Positions 39,991 to 52,861 of a DNA stretch of 64,000 bases are shown here, piece after piece. The DNA lies in the NCBI RefSeq assembly GCF_009914755.1, contig NC_060925.1. One strand, given 5' to 3'. Under the pieces are notes generated by a model. The model was not told where the DNA came from and ran no database searches. It saw only the letters and a program-made list of their open reading frames with translations. This DNA is from the human T2T-CHM13v2.0 reference genome, Homo sapiens. The number at the start of each line of letters is the position of its first letter. Position 1 is the first letter of the stretch. A program made the position numbers and the translations under genes.

Positions 39991-40903
39991 GCAAAGCCAG
40001 TGTTAAATCCTGGACATCCCTGCAGGGTCCTCATGCCTGCCTTTTTCTCTTAGTCTTGTGGGGGTGGGGAAACTCTTTGGTATTCTCCTTTCTCACTTGT
40101 AGGAATATAAGGAGGAAAGGAACCAGAAGTAAAGTGTCTGGGCCTCTCTCAGCCATGCTTTTCATTTCCACTTATTATCTAAAGTAATTCATTACTACTT
40201 CTGTGCTCTCTTTTCATCTTTTCCTTGAGCCTCCCCTGAGCTCCCTTGAAGGTGGCAGGTGACAGGCTGGCTTGACCAGAACAAAGACAGTTATCCCTGG
40301 CTGCCGCCTGTTTCCCAATGGGTGCCTGCCCTGTCTTGTTACACTTCCTCTGTGTGTCTAATTTACACTGCAAGCCCTCTGGGCAGTGGCTTTTTTTTTC
40401 TTTTTTAAAAAATTATCTGCTCTTCTCTGCTTACGACTGAAGTTTAACTTCTGCACCCCAACTCCTCCTCATTCTTAAGAAAATGCCAACAGAAAAATAT
40501 TAAAATGATTGCTGCTGTATGTAAAGACAGAAGGGTAAAACCGAGGCACTGGAGGCTTTGGGTGGGTATTGATGGAGGTCTGGGAGCAGCTGGTGATTGA
40601 CAGGGAGAAGAGCTGAATTAGTTAAGGAAGGGTCTCCTGGGTTTTGCTGGGAGTGGTGGCCAGACACAGACAAGGACAAGGAAGAAGGCCAGGACCTCTG
40701 ATTGCTTTTCTCAGAACAGAAAAGATATTATTATTTGAACCTAGAGGCTGGGCAGTTTCCTGTCATAGAAAAACTGACTGGCCTCATGGCCAGAGAAAGG
40801 TACCAACTACTTTCTTTGGTATTTATGGTTCTCGTATCCAACGTAGGAAGTTAGGGCTAGACAACATCTGGAAGTATCTGGTAGAAGTATCTATTTATTT
40901 AAA

Positions 40904-40955
40904 CCATCCATCCATTCATCTATCCATCCATTCATCCACTGATCCATCCATCCAC
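40904..40955. repeat. (CCAT)n tetranucleotide repeat
   Basis: ccatccatccattcatctatccatccattcatcc... Confidence 0.9.
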
Positions 40956-41256
40956 AATGATTAACTGCAGTGAAAGAGAAGACATTTTTAGAAGATAAAT
41001 GTGGTCAAATGTCCTAAAGTTTTATTCGCTTGCATGCAAGTAACCGTGATGTGTCTGGAGGACTGGAGGGCTGGAAATGAAAGGAGAAAAGCAATTATCT
41101 GGGCCCATGGATTTGGGAAGCAGATATGGGGATCCTCTCACTGCTGACAGAGCCCCAGTAAAGCATCTGGAAGGGTTTTAAACAGAATGAGGGTGTAACA
41201 ATGACAGACGTATTCTTCCTCCTTCAAAATCCACAACAAAATAAACAACCACCACC

Positions 41257-41289
<33 letters not shown>

Positions 41290-43339
41290 GAGGTCAATTC
41301 AGGAAACTTTCCTAGAAAAGTACATGAGGTAGAAGAGAAAGGATAGGGAGGAGACCAAGCATTCTAGGTTGCAAGGAAGACCTAGGGGATGCCTGAGGGT
41401 GGGGATGAAGGGACTGACAAACATGTTCCATGGGCCATCTATGGGTAGGGCACTCGGTCGTGAGAGTAGTGATGGCACCTGAGGCAGGGCTACAGGAATA
41501 GATGAGGTAGGGAGCCCTGTCAGGGTGCAGTAAGCATCCCATGGAGAAGGCACGCACTGTGGGCCTGGAGCTTACTGGGGAGGTGGAACAAGCAGGGAAG
41601 CAGTCCTTGGTGCAAGCAAGGATGCACATTCCACATCAGGCTGCCCGCCCACGAGGAGGGCCTACACTTGTGGCTCTGAATCCATGTGGAGGCGGAAACG
41701 GTCTGGTTAAGATAGTGACAATGTGCTTTGTGTTTGTGCCTGAAGGGCCAGGGACCACGCTGTGGCACAATGAAGGCATTGAGAGTCAGCAGTCCCCAAG
41801 ACTAGGTGTCCTAACAAGATGCCAAGACCCAGAGAGACAAGAGCTGAGCCCTTGCCATGAAGGTGCCGAGAGCTGTGGTCTCAGCCCTTGGAAATATCAT
41901 CAAAAGAAGCTGTTCCGAGCAAAATGCATTCCATGTGTTGGCCTTGCCCATGTGTTTCTTGTCAATGAGGCCGATCTTCCTGGGTTCAGAAGGGTTTCTG
42001 TTTGAAATTTTATGAGCCTTGGCTGGGAAGCAGAACTTATCCCTGAGTTTGTGGGAGTTAATGGCCTTTTCTGGCGGCACAACTCTGGGGGCCTCAGGGA
42101 ATTCCCAAATGCCAGGAAAGAAGAAACCCATAGCCCGTATTTCAACTGAAAATTATGCTTTATTTATAGGCAGCCATGGAGAAAAGACTCCCCAGAACAC
42201 TTCTCCAGCGTCACCTCAGTGTGGTGTGTCTGGGCTCACAGGCCCTTCCTTGGGGTGACCCTTACAGCTCATGCCAGCACTCTGTGGAAAAGATATGCCT
42301 CGCTCCCCAGTGCCAAATAAAGACATCAGCCTACATCCAGAGCAGAAACAGCATTTGTTCCTGAGTCTTCCATTTTTGCCATTTAAATAGAGAAGTCAAA
42401 CTATTCCTTGATACACTCTTGTCCCCCTAATTTACTTCAACCAACACGTATGGGGCACAGACTGGGAACTGGTCATTTTATTGGGCATCATTATGAGCAC
42501 AAAGGGACAGATATGAGATGGGCAATCCAGAAGGTCTTGGTTCAAGCCATTTCCTTCCATTGTCTATCAAGTTCTGTCACCGGGACAAATCATTTCCCCT
42601 CCCTGGACCTCTGCCTCCTCATTTGTCAAATGAGGAGCTTGGACCAATGAATATGAATTCTGAAGAAATTCAGTGTAAGAGGAAGAGTCTTAAAATACTA
42701 GTCCTAAAAGGTTAATTGAAGGAGATTCATGGAAGTGATGCAAATATTGGTGTTTTGTATGAGTGACACTTAACTGCTTCTTGTCTATGGCAAATGATAT
42801 TCCTGGGGTAGCTAAGAAAGACCCTTTCGCTGCCTGGCGTGGCCCTCTGTGAACCCTGCTAGCCTGACATGTCATATCAGAACTCCCTGCAGAGGAGTTG
42901 CTGTTCACAGCAATCATCTGGGCCAGGCTCTTGACCTGTACCCCTGTCAGTGCTTTGCTGTCTTGGCCTGACCCTTGGCCTTAGCTGTTCTCTGCCCTTT
43001 GGACTTGGGGTTGCTATTTTCTCTTCCCATCTTGATTCTCAGTTTTCCCTCAAGGTCTTGGCTGAGACCCACCCATGGACTCACCTTTCTTTTTTCAAAC
43101 TACCTCAGATAGGATTTGAGTGCCCTGTTTGATCCCTTGTGACTCAATTTCTGTTGCTGGACAAAGAAAAAAGAAAGGCAAGGGAATTGGAAACTTTACA
43201 GTATAATACTCTGCTCAGCAGTAAGTATTGCACCAGAATTTTAGTCAAAAGGAGTATGTATAAAATAAACCATGTTAGATCGAGCTAAAATATGACTCAC
43301 TGAGAATTCCAACTCTAGGTCTTAGATTTTTCCTTTGAG

Positions 43340-44470
43340 GTTACACATGAACAAGCCTAATTCCTTCTCATATGATAGATCTTCACATATTTAAGTATAA
43401 TGATCGAGCCCCCAGCCTTCGGTGACCACCCCCTCTCCTGCCAAGTCAGTTCTTCTCTAGGCAAAACAAGTCAATTTCTCTAGCATTCCTCAGATATTTT
43501 GGTTTTGAATCCTTTTGCCGACGTGACGGCTCTTCCTAATCCAGTTCAACTGATTTCTGTTCCTCTTCCTTTGAGGTGCCTGCAGCTTCATGCAACACTC
43601 TAGACAGGCTCCAGTCAACCCAGGGAACTGAAATCTTTTGCCTTAAATTGATGCTTCCCAAAGTGTGTTCCATTCATCCAAGCCCCTGTGACATGCTCTG
43701 GAGGTCAAGGGTAGGTGGTCACTTAGTTTCACAGTCAAATATGTTTGGGAAATCCTGCAGACTAATATCCCTCTTGGAGATTTCAGAATCTGTGTTAGAG
43801 TACTAAAGGATCTGAGTAGTCCTGTTTACCTTTACTTCATCTAATTTTTCCCGAATTATTCGACCACTGAGCCGTTTGTTAAAGTATTACTCATTAACCT
43901 CCCTAGTGTGCCATGAAGCTTTGGGTGGCACTGTTCAACTTCCATTTAAGCCATCTGAAATCATTTATTTTTTTCCTCTTTCCCTCCCTTTCTCCGTTCT
44001 TTTCTTCCTTCTTCTATCACACTATTATTACATATTGATTTTAGTGTCAATCAAACCTCCTACATATTTTTCAAACCTGTTGCTGATAAATCATATGTAA
44101 AGTCCTTCACCCTTCTTCCCTTTATTTGGGCAGCTGTTATTTGATATTCATCACTTATGTATTAAGCATGCCTTTATTTAAGCCCTTAATAAAAATGAAA
44201 CTTCATAAATATTTGTTGAATAAGTACAGGACTGAGGCCTATACCCTTTGGACATGGTAATTCAATTAGCTATTAATTATCCTAATCACACTAATATTCA
44301 GCCCATGTTTCTCTATGCTTGTCCGTGAGGCTATCTTGAAATGCTTGTCAAATGCTTTGCTGCAATCAGATTCACTATGAAGTTAGATTTCATAATCTAC
44401 CAGTCTAGAGCCATCTTGTTGAAGCAGGAGATGAAATTAATATGGTAGGACTTTGTACTTCAGGTTCCTG
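43340..44470 (-). mobile_element. L3/CR1 LINE relic (interrupted)
   Basis: Reverse complement of 44344-44369 encodes D-C-S-K-A-F-D-K (CR1 RT motif DFSKAFD); 43340-43610 resembles the L3 3' part. Confidence 0.6.
43648..43934. mobile_element. hAT-Charlie family DNA transposon remnant
   Basis: atgcttcccaaagtgtgttcc ... ctttgggtggcactg termini; internal gtcaaatatgtttgggaaatcctg. Confidence 0.55.
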
Positions 44471-44902
44471 TGCAGGAGTTTAGAAACACAGGTGAGCCTT
44501 GATGGGAGGGTAGGATTTAAAAAATGGAGGGGATCATAAAAAGGATTGTGGGCTGGTTGGGGTAAGCATGAGTAACGGACTACAGGCAAGTGTAAACATG
44601 TTGGGAATGGTTAGGATAAATTTAACAATATTTATCCAGTGTTCACTATTGTGAGGTTTTATGCAGGGAGCTGGCAGCAAGGGGGTTGGTTGAGATGGAT
44701 AAATAGCTAATAATTAACTTTATAAGTACCACTTAAAAGATAAAATGTGATGAGTGTTACATAAAAGGAAGGAGTAAAGTAACATAGAACATTTGTTCTG
44801 CAGAGTCAGGGAAGGCTTCACAATACAGGTGGCCCCTGAGCAGCTATGAAGATTGGGCAGGGCTCTGCCAGAGAATGATAGAGGGCTTCAGGATTCAAAA
44901 CT

Positions 44903-45471
44903 TTGATGATGGAACAGATCTGTGAATGGAGGTGTCAATGGATTAACATGGTAAGCATGATTTCTGGGTGTGTTTGTGAGGGTGTTGCCAGAGTAGACTG
45001 GTGTGTGAGTTGGTGGACAGAGTGGGAAAGAAGAGCCATCTTCAATGTGGGCAGGTGCTGTCTAATTGGCGGGGGGCATCAATAGAACAAAAAGGCAGAG
45101 GAAAGGCGAATTTTTTCTCTTCCTGAAGCTGGAATACTCTTATTCTCCTGCCCTTGGACATCAGAACTCCAGGCTCTCTAGTCTTGGGGCGGTAGGACTT
45201 ACACCAGTGACCCCTCAGGTTCTCAAGCCTCAGCCTTGGACTGAGAGTTACACTATCAGCTTCCCTGGTTCTGAGTTGGTCTGAGCCACACTACTAGCCT
45301 CCCAGAGTCTCCAGCTTGCAGACAGCCTGTTGCGGAACCTCTTGATCTCCATAATCTTGTGAACCAATTCCCCTAATATGTCCCCTTTCATCTCTCTTTC
45401 CCTCTCTCCTCCTCACCTCCCTCCCCTCTCTCCATCCTATTGGTTCTTTCTAGAGAACCCTGACTAATACA
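44903..45471 (+). mobile_element. MLT2B (ERVL) solo LTR
   Basis: ctgggtgtgtttgtgagggtgttgccagag...ctcctgcccttggacatcagaactccagg...ccagcttgcagacagcc...gagaaccctgactaataca. Confidence 0.9.
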
Positions 45472-47104
45472 AGATTCAAATGATGGCAAACTCAATGCAA
45501 TTAAGGAAGACAAGACTTGGTAGCAATGAGGTGCCACTGGCATGACATAAGGGTATGACCTGAAAAATCTGTGTTTAGGAAGATTGATAGGACACCAACA
45601 TGCTGACAGTATATGGAGGTGTTCTCTCAAAAGAAGAAATGGCAGGACATAATGACTGTTAGGATTGGAAGGATGGAAAGAAAGGAGTCAAAAATGCTTG
45701 CAAAGCTTTCAGCTCATGAGGCTGGAGGGGGAAGATGAGGGAGGGCGACAAGTTCAGTCACAAGGAGGGGGTTCTGCTAAATGCCCTGCTGCCCACCAGT
45801 GGGTGAAAATCTTGGGATTAAACATTCTGAGTGTTTAGAGTTGGTTCGGCGCCAACTATGGTTTTTGTTTTATTTCAGACATCTCTAGATGTGGTAAGAT
45901 TAGCTCATGTCACTTTAATGAGCCAGCCTCATAGAACAAACACGTTTTTGTATTTGTTGAACACAGGGCAGTGCAGGAAGTAATTCTGGCATATATTGTC
46001 CTGAAGCCTAATGGCTCAACATGACTTTGTATTTGGAGGTTTTTCTCACTGTGGGACTTTTCATATGTTCAAACACTATGGCTCCTGTTCTGAGGCTGAA
46101 GTGGGTCTTAGACAAGCCCATATAGGTCCCTAGAGCCTCCATACTGGCTTCCTTTTGCTCTTTTCCTAACATGCCTCTGGCATCAATCCACTGAAGAACC
46201 AGCTGGAATAATTGCAATTCATTAATTCATTGATACATTGTTTCTTTCATTCATGAAAGTTCTACCTGTTAATTTCTTGTCCCTTGTGGGAAAGAATCAG
46301 TTCTCACTTCCTCCTGGTCTTGCCTGTTCCCATCTTCCCCATAGTATTATATCACATTTTTGGTCTGTTTTCCTGATGGTTGCCATTTTCTGGGTGAGAA
46401 CCATCCCAGAGCAAGCTGCATGCTGAGCTGTAGAACAGTGATGACCAACAACTGTCACCCAACTGCCCACTTTGCTACATGCTCTTCACCTTGCCACTCC
46501 TAAATATACTTCAAAATCTTCAAGGACTATCAAAGTTGGGATGGGGCAGCTAAGGGATGATGACCAGCTGTGGCTGCCTCTGCTTCTTGTCCCTCTTGAG
46601 AAGTGACAGGCTGGCTCTCAGCTCTCTCCAGGCCAGTGAGCCTTTCAGCAACAGCAGCAAGGAAGGGGAGTCAGGGGACACTGTGAATAAGAGGTGCAGA
46701 GCCCCCACTGCAAGGTCACAGTGACTTTTGCTCTTTAGCCAGAAAGGTGCTGTAGAGAGGATGCTGTCTGTACAGGAGCATTTGTCTTTGCACCCCACTC
46801 CCCCAACCCAGAACTTTAGCCCATGTCACCTCAGGGTCCCTGCCCGCAGGTCCTGCTCCCCTGACAGAGGGGAGTGCTGAGGAGAAGGACCAGCCACTAG
46901 CCTTTGGAGACCTGTGGGACTCCATGACCCCTATTTATTTTATATAGTTCCTCTCCATTATGCCTGTCTTGCCTATTTTAAAGAAAGCACATTTTCTTCT
47001 GATAGTCTCAAGATTTATTTAAGAAAACTTGGTATAAGATAATCCGAATTTATCAAACAAAAAAATGTAGGTGTTGTGGCAGGACTCACCCACCAGTTCC
47101 CCAA

Positions 47105-47290
47105 AATAGTAGTTATAATCTAATGAGTGCTTATTAAGTGAAAAAATCTTTGCGCTATTTCATTTAATTCTTAAAAAGACCCTATGTGACCAGTGATGAG
47201 ACCCATTTTAAAGATCAGGAAACAGAGGTTGAATAACTCTCCTGAGGTCACACAGGCTATGAATCAGAACTGTGCCACTTCAGCAGCGTC
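47105..47290 (-). mobile_element. MIR
   Basis: cccattttaaagatcaggaaacagagg..aataactctcctgaggtcacacag. Confidence 0.7.
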
Positions 47291-47697
47291 ATGCCTTCAG
47301 CTTCCACATCATTCATCATCCCTCTGTCAGCTTAAAATGTCACATCTGCCTCCCTAAGAACACATTCTTGGGGTGAATGCCTCCTTTCTCTCTCCCTTCC
47401 CCAAGGGTTACTCTTGGCATTAGGACAGTTAACACCTCCCAGCTCTATTTCCCACATCAATGTCTGGGATGCTGGTAGAGTGGTCTCAGATGATAAACTG
47501 TTAATAGTTGTGTGTGAGTCTCCCTAGTGTTCCTGACCCTTTGCTCCTCCCAGCGAAGCAGGGACCCCAGGTTTTGAATTTGTTCAGAGTTTCATGGAGC
47601 AACCCAGAGGCTATAGCTGTCCATCTATGAGGACATTAGGGTGAGTGTGGTCCTAGAGTCTCCTGGCTCTTTATATAGCCAGGCAGATGGAAATAGA

Positions 47698-47733
47698 GAT
47701 GGGGATGGGGATGGGGATGGGGAGGGCAGAGGG
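47698..47733 (+). repeat. (GGGGAT)n repeat, G-quadruplex motif
   Basis: Four G4 tracts with 2-nt loops at 47701-47722. Confidence 0.85.
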
Positions 47734-48674
47734 AAAGGACCACAGGTTTCTCTAGGCCAAACATCAGGTTATGCCTTTTTGGGCCTCAGAACATTTAAAG
47801 ACTGGGCATTCCTTATGCTTTCAGGACAAGAACTGTTAATAACTCAATCTCAAAGGAAATAAGTAACAACATTATTTAATGTTACTCTGGGACACTATCA
47901 AATGCAGTAGTGTCCACTTAAATGTTGTCGATTGTATGGCTTAGAGCAGAGGGATATGCACAGGGGGATGGCTGGTGGGACTGTGTGTCTAGGGTAGGAG
48001 GGGACAGGAAAGATGAATGGAAGGAAAACCAATTGTATAGATGGAGCTCCAGTGCTCCATGGGTGAGAGGTCCTCAGGGTGGGGAGAGCTGTCTCCCAGT
48101 GCAGTAAGCCTGTAATGACTTCCCTGGATCAGACACTCTGAGAATGCAGACATGGTGGGTCTTAATGGGTCATCAAGGCCACGTCTCGTTTTATAGATGT
48201 GGCATCTTGGGCCCCCAGAAGCAAGATGCTTGTCCAAGGGCACCAGCTAGTTTGGGACAAAATAGTAGTTAGAATTCACTTTCCAGACTTCCAGATTCAT
48301 GACCTCTTTCTTGGACCTGGGCAAAGCCTTGTGGCATTTTAGATGGAGCTGGGTGACTGGCACTATGACCTTGGGCTCTGCCTGAACCTCACGTGGATCA
48401 TCTATAACATAAAGGTAGTAGTATGACAGTGGGGGTGAGGATTGCATAAACAGTGGAAGTAAATCTCCCACATATCAGGGGTGCTTACTGAACCTCCTTC
48501 CTCTCATCTCTCCCAGCCACTCTAAATAGGGAAGAACAGTGAGCACTCTGGTCTACTGACCACAGATCCTGGACCCAAAGTTACTTAGATCTTTCACTTC
48601 CTTTGGCTCTAATTAGTTTACCGGCATACTAAGTAATAATATTTGGTAATAGTTGTTACAACAGTAATAGTGAT

Positions 48675-48813
48675 AGCTGGGCACAGTGGCACAGCCTTGT
48701 AGTTCCAGCTACTTGGGAGGCCAAGATGAAAGGATCATTTGAGCCCAGGAGTTGGAGACCAACCTGGACAAAATAGTGAGACCCCATCTCTTAAAAAAAA
48801 AAAAAACCAAAAA
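48675..48813 (+). mobile_element. FLAM Alu monomer
   Basis: gctgggcacagtggc...ttgagcccaggagttggagacc...gagaccccatctct followed by poly(A). Confidence 0.88.
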
Positions 48814-48814
48814 G

Positions 48815-49055
48815 CAATAGTTAACAATGATTGTTTTGTGCAAGGTGCTATGCTAAATACCCACATTATCTCATTAAATCTTTACAGAATTAGAGATTCT
48901 TAGAGTAGGGATTATTACTATGCTCATATTAACAGAAGAGGAAACCAAGGTTAGAGAAGTGAAGTAATTCACAGGATTACAAAGCTAGCCAGCAGCAGAG
49001 CTTGGATATGAACTCAGATTTGGCTGGTTCCAGAGTCCCTCTCTTAGCCACCATA
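48815..49055 (-). mobile_element. MIR
   Basis: cattatctcattaaatc...cagaagaggaaaccaaggttagagaagtgaagtaa...ccagagtccctctcttagccac. Confidence 0.85.
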
Positions 49056-50735
49056 GTTTGCATAACACACAACATATAAAGCTCTGTGGAAAGTCTACTG
49101 CAAGTTCACCCAGCCTGCTACTGCCAGCCTCCCTGACTTAGATCTAGAGGAGGCTGGCAGGCCTGCCAGGGCTAGATGCCTGGAAGGACTTGTTTTCATC
49201 ACTCCCACGGGGCCTGCGACATGTTAGGAGCAAACAATACATGAAGAGAAGGCTTCCCAAGGTGTCCAGCCTCCCTGGTTAGTCAGGCTGGCTGTCTTAA
49301 ACCCTTCAGCCACAGCATCAAGGTCGTAAAACAGGAGGGTTGCAATTTCCTCTCTTCAGCCCTGGCTCTGCCGGCAACAGGAATCGATGGAGGAAGGGGA
49401 CACTCCAGCAGGTCTTGACTCCTCACTCAGCAGGGTCTGGGATGTTTCACAGACTGTGCTGTAGTTAAGACTGAAATGGCATTTACATCTCTGGGCTCAG
49501 AAATGGTGTCTAAAAGAAAACAACCACCACCATTAACATGTTGTAGTTGTATAATTTATGGAGCATTTATGCTTTATACCTAGGGCCTGTATCTCCTGAT
49601 TGTTTGTTAAATTTCCTGAGCCAAAGTCTGTGAGTCTTTTCAACTATAAATATTAAAGTTTTCAATAAAGGCTAAAGTTTTCAAAGACTTGTCTAATTAT
49701 TTTGGTTCTTTTGCCCTTGAAGGAGCAAAATAATGCGGTTCTAAGCATTATTTTTTCTCTTCGCTAAAAGGAGGTAATACTGACCTTGCCTGATGTACAC
49801 GAATGTTGTGAAGATCAGATGAAATGCATGTAAATTGGTGTTGGAAGCTCTAAAGTCCTAAAACCATGTAAAATAAAGTAAACTTATAGTTATTTCAATG
49901 CATGTATATAGCTTCCTGTTTGTGCAATGCAAATACTTCACTGTCCATCTATGAAATGTATCTGTCCCTCTCTGATACACTGTAGTAACTGTGATCACTA
50001 ACATTTATGTAGCAATAAATGGCATATTATTTCATGATATCTCAACTATTACCTTGAACTCTTATTGTTATTTAACATTTCATGTAATAATAATTCTTTC
50101 TTTTTCAATTGTACTATAAGCACCATCCTGGTGGAAACTGAATTTTAAAACATTTCTAGATCCTGTCTGATGTCACATGTGGCTTGCCTAGGTTAAGAAT
50201 TCTTTAAAGGGGGCAACTTTCCCAAGTTTCCCATTCTTGGCACAGAGCTTTCACAGGAAATGTCAGTGGAGTCCATTTCAAGTATTTATTAACAACTTTC
50301 AAGAAAAATCACTTTATGCTGAATCGAATACAATAAGGGATATAAGAAAATGAGTTGATAGGAACTGAATCCGCACCATAGAAAGAACTGGGTAGAATTT
50401 TTCAAGTAGCTAACTCAAGAGCATGGTGAGTATGTAAGTGTATGTGTATATACCGAAATCATACATGTTAAATAAAAGAAAACCAAAGTAGTATAATAGT
50501 TCTGATTCTGGTGTTTATTACCAAAAATACATGCTCTATATAGTATTAGTGAGATCCTGAGCCAGCGTGATTAAGGAGAGTTTTTCTGGTGAATTGAGTT
50601 TCAGGCCTCTACCTCTGTTGTCCTCTTCTGGGTGTCAAGTTGATTCAGAACAGTCCATACATCACTTTCTTTGATTAATCTCAGGGGTTCACACTGACTG
50701 TGGAGAAGGCTCATTCTCCACCTATGAGTGGTTTA

Positions 50736-50976
50736 TTTACTTATTTATTTATTGCTCTGTTGCCAAGGCTGGAGTGCAGTGTTCCTCCCATCTCAGCCTC
50801 CTGAGTAGCTAGGACTATAGACATGCACCACTACACCTGGCTAATTTTTAAATTTTTTGTATAAAAGGGTCCTCAGGATCTCACTATGTTGATCTTGAAC
50901 TCCTGGCCTCAAGGAATCCTCCCACTTCAGCTTCCCAAAGTGCTGGGAATATAAGTGTAAGCCACCACGCCTGGTC
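50736..50976 (-). mobile_element. AluJ with internal deletions
   Basis: gaactcctggcctcaaggaatcctcccac; near-perfect TSD tatgagtggttta / tatgaatggttta. Confidence 0.9.
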
Positions 50977-52028
50977 TTATGAATGGTTTAAGGTACAGAA
51001 TTGTCATCCCTCTGATTACTGTAATATTTATTCTAACTTTGCTATTTATTGTGTGCAATAAATTGTGCACAATGCTGGACCTAAATGAAGAAGGACTTTC
51101 TTTGTCTTTTTTGCAAATTTTGTAGTGTATTACAGAATCCCTGCTTTCTTTGGCCTATGGCAGTTGAGAATTTATAAGATTTCATAAGAGAAAAATTTAG
51201 GACTGATGATGCTAACTTCATCATCCTTCATCACTTATAGTTACTTCCAGTGCACTCTCAAACTCTTCCTCCTCACCTGCTGAAGTAGGCTAAGCTTTTG
51301 CTGTTTAACAATTTCATATCTGCTGTATATCTTGCATGCAAAACCTCATTGGTAAATTTTGTTAATGTGGTTCCTACTTTGGTTTAATGACCTCTGTTTT
51401 ATTGTCTGTCCTATACAGAATTGACATTAAGAAAACACAAAAGAGGGAGGTGAGTTTTTGTTCTCCTGGGCCTTTCCTTTTCTGTCCCTTTCTTCCCTGA
51501 GGTGGGCTGAGGATCAAGGGTCACTCATTCAGGTAGCCTGTGGGCTCATGCAGCCTCACTCAGGTAACAGGCTGTGGTTTAGGGTAGCTTTTCTTGTAAA
51601 ATCAACTCTCAGCTAGCTGTCACAGAGAAAAGGTAGTCACCCCCGAGGTAGGCTCTAAGTAAAATCATGGCCTTTCAGGAAGAAAAGGCAAAAGAACCTG
51701 AGCACTGCACCATTATGCTTCAAATTATTAGGTAATAAATGAGTCCTGGACACCCAGCCAAGGTAAAAAGAATAAAGCAGGATAGAAGATGTCAGAAGGA
51801 AATGTGTCTTGAGAGGGAGATGGGGATTTAAGTGGGTGCCCAGGATTGATTGCATGAATAAAAGAAAGACTTCAGCCCAGGGAGGAAGACAGAAGATAGA
51901 GTGGTGCTGTTGGATATATATGTCTTTGGAGATTATACACACATTCACACACAATATGATACGGATATATTTATAATCTCCATAACATATTTTATATGTT
52001 TTATATAAATAATCTCCAAAGACATGTA

Positions 52029-52031
<3 letters not shown>

Positions 52032-52061
<30 letters not shown>
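52032..52061. repeat. (TG)15 microsatellite
   Basis: Perfect TG run. Confidence 0.97.
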
Positions 52062-52064
<3 letters not shown>

Positions 52065-52861
52065 GCCAGTGTGAAGGGTATGCCCTAAAAGGTGGAGCTG
52101 AAACATCTGAAGTAGAATATCTGATAAATTCTGGTATTACTTTATAAATTTCTGTCTTAGAAAATGGAAGAAGCCATGGAGTGAATTGGCACAGTGGACT
52201 TGTTTTTAAATGTACCATTTCATTTTGAAAAATATATGAAAAATACAGAGAATAATCTAACACAAATGAATGTAAAACTAACTCCCAGAATTAACAAGTG
52301 TGACTGCTTTGAGACATTTGCTCTGGACTTATTGAAGAACTAAGTCATTACAGATAAAGTTGAAATTCGCTTTGCACCCCTACCTCAGTTCTGTGTCCTT
52401 TCCTCCCTCCCCAGAGACTGCCACCATTTTAAATTTGGAAGAATGCTTCCAAACTCTAGACTCAATGCTTATCAATAAGAAAAAACTAATTTTAAAGATG
52501 AAGAAATAACAGAAACTTTGGGAGAAATAGTCTTAGAAGTAGCAAGGATGTGAACTCTGGCACCGTCCTTGGATTGAGTGAAGCAAATGTTATAGAAAAT
52601 CAGATGTAAACGCAGGGCTCTGAAAGTGGAAGCAGATTTAAAAGCCTGGAAGAATCTGAGTCATAATTGTGGCTATTTAGTTGCAAATGACCCCGATAAG
52701 GAAGAAAGAGGGAAACTGCCTGTAGAAATAGGTAGTTTTTAGTGTGCGCCTGTAGTCCCAGCTACACTCAGGAGGATGAGGTGTGAGGTGAAAGAAATAA
52801 CGTAGTTGCCTTAGGAGCTCTGGTTGAGTTCAGCTGTCTAAAGGTACATTTATGAGACATG

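Noticed and set aside
41541-42005. 154-aa ATG ORF
   Set aside because: No recognisable homology or exon structure; consistent with chance
51655-52263. Longest ORF (202 aa, minus strand)
   Set aside because: Runs through the (TG)n microsatellite (THTHTH), low-complexity DNA and L1ME debris; no recognisable domain
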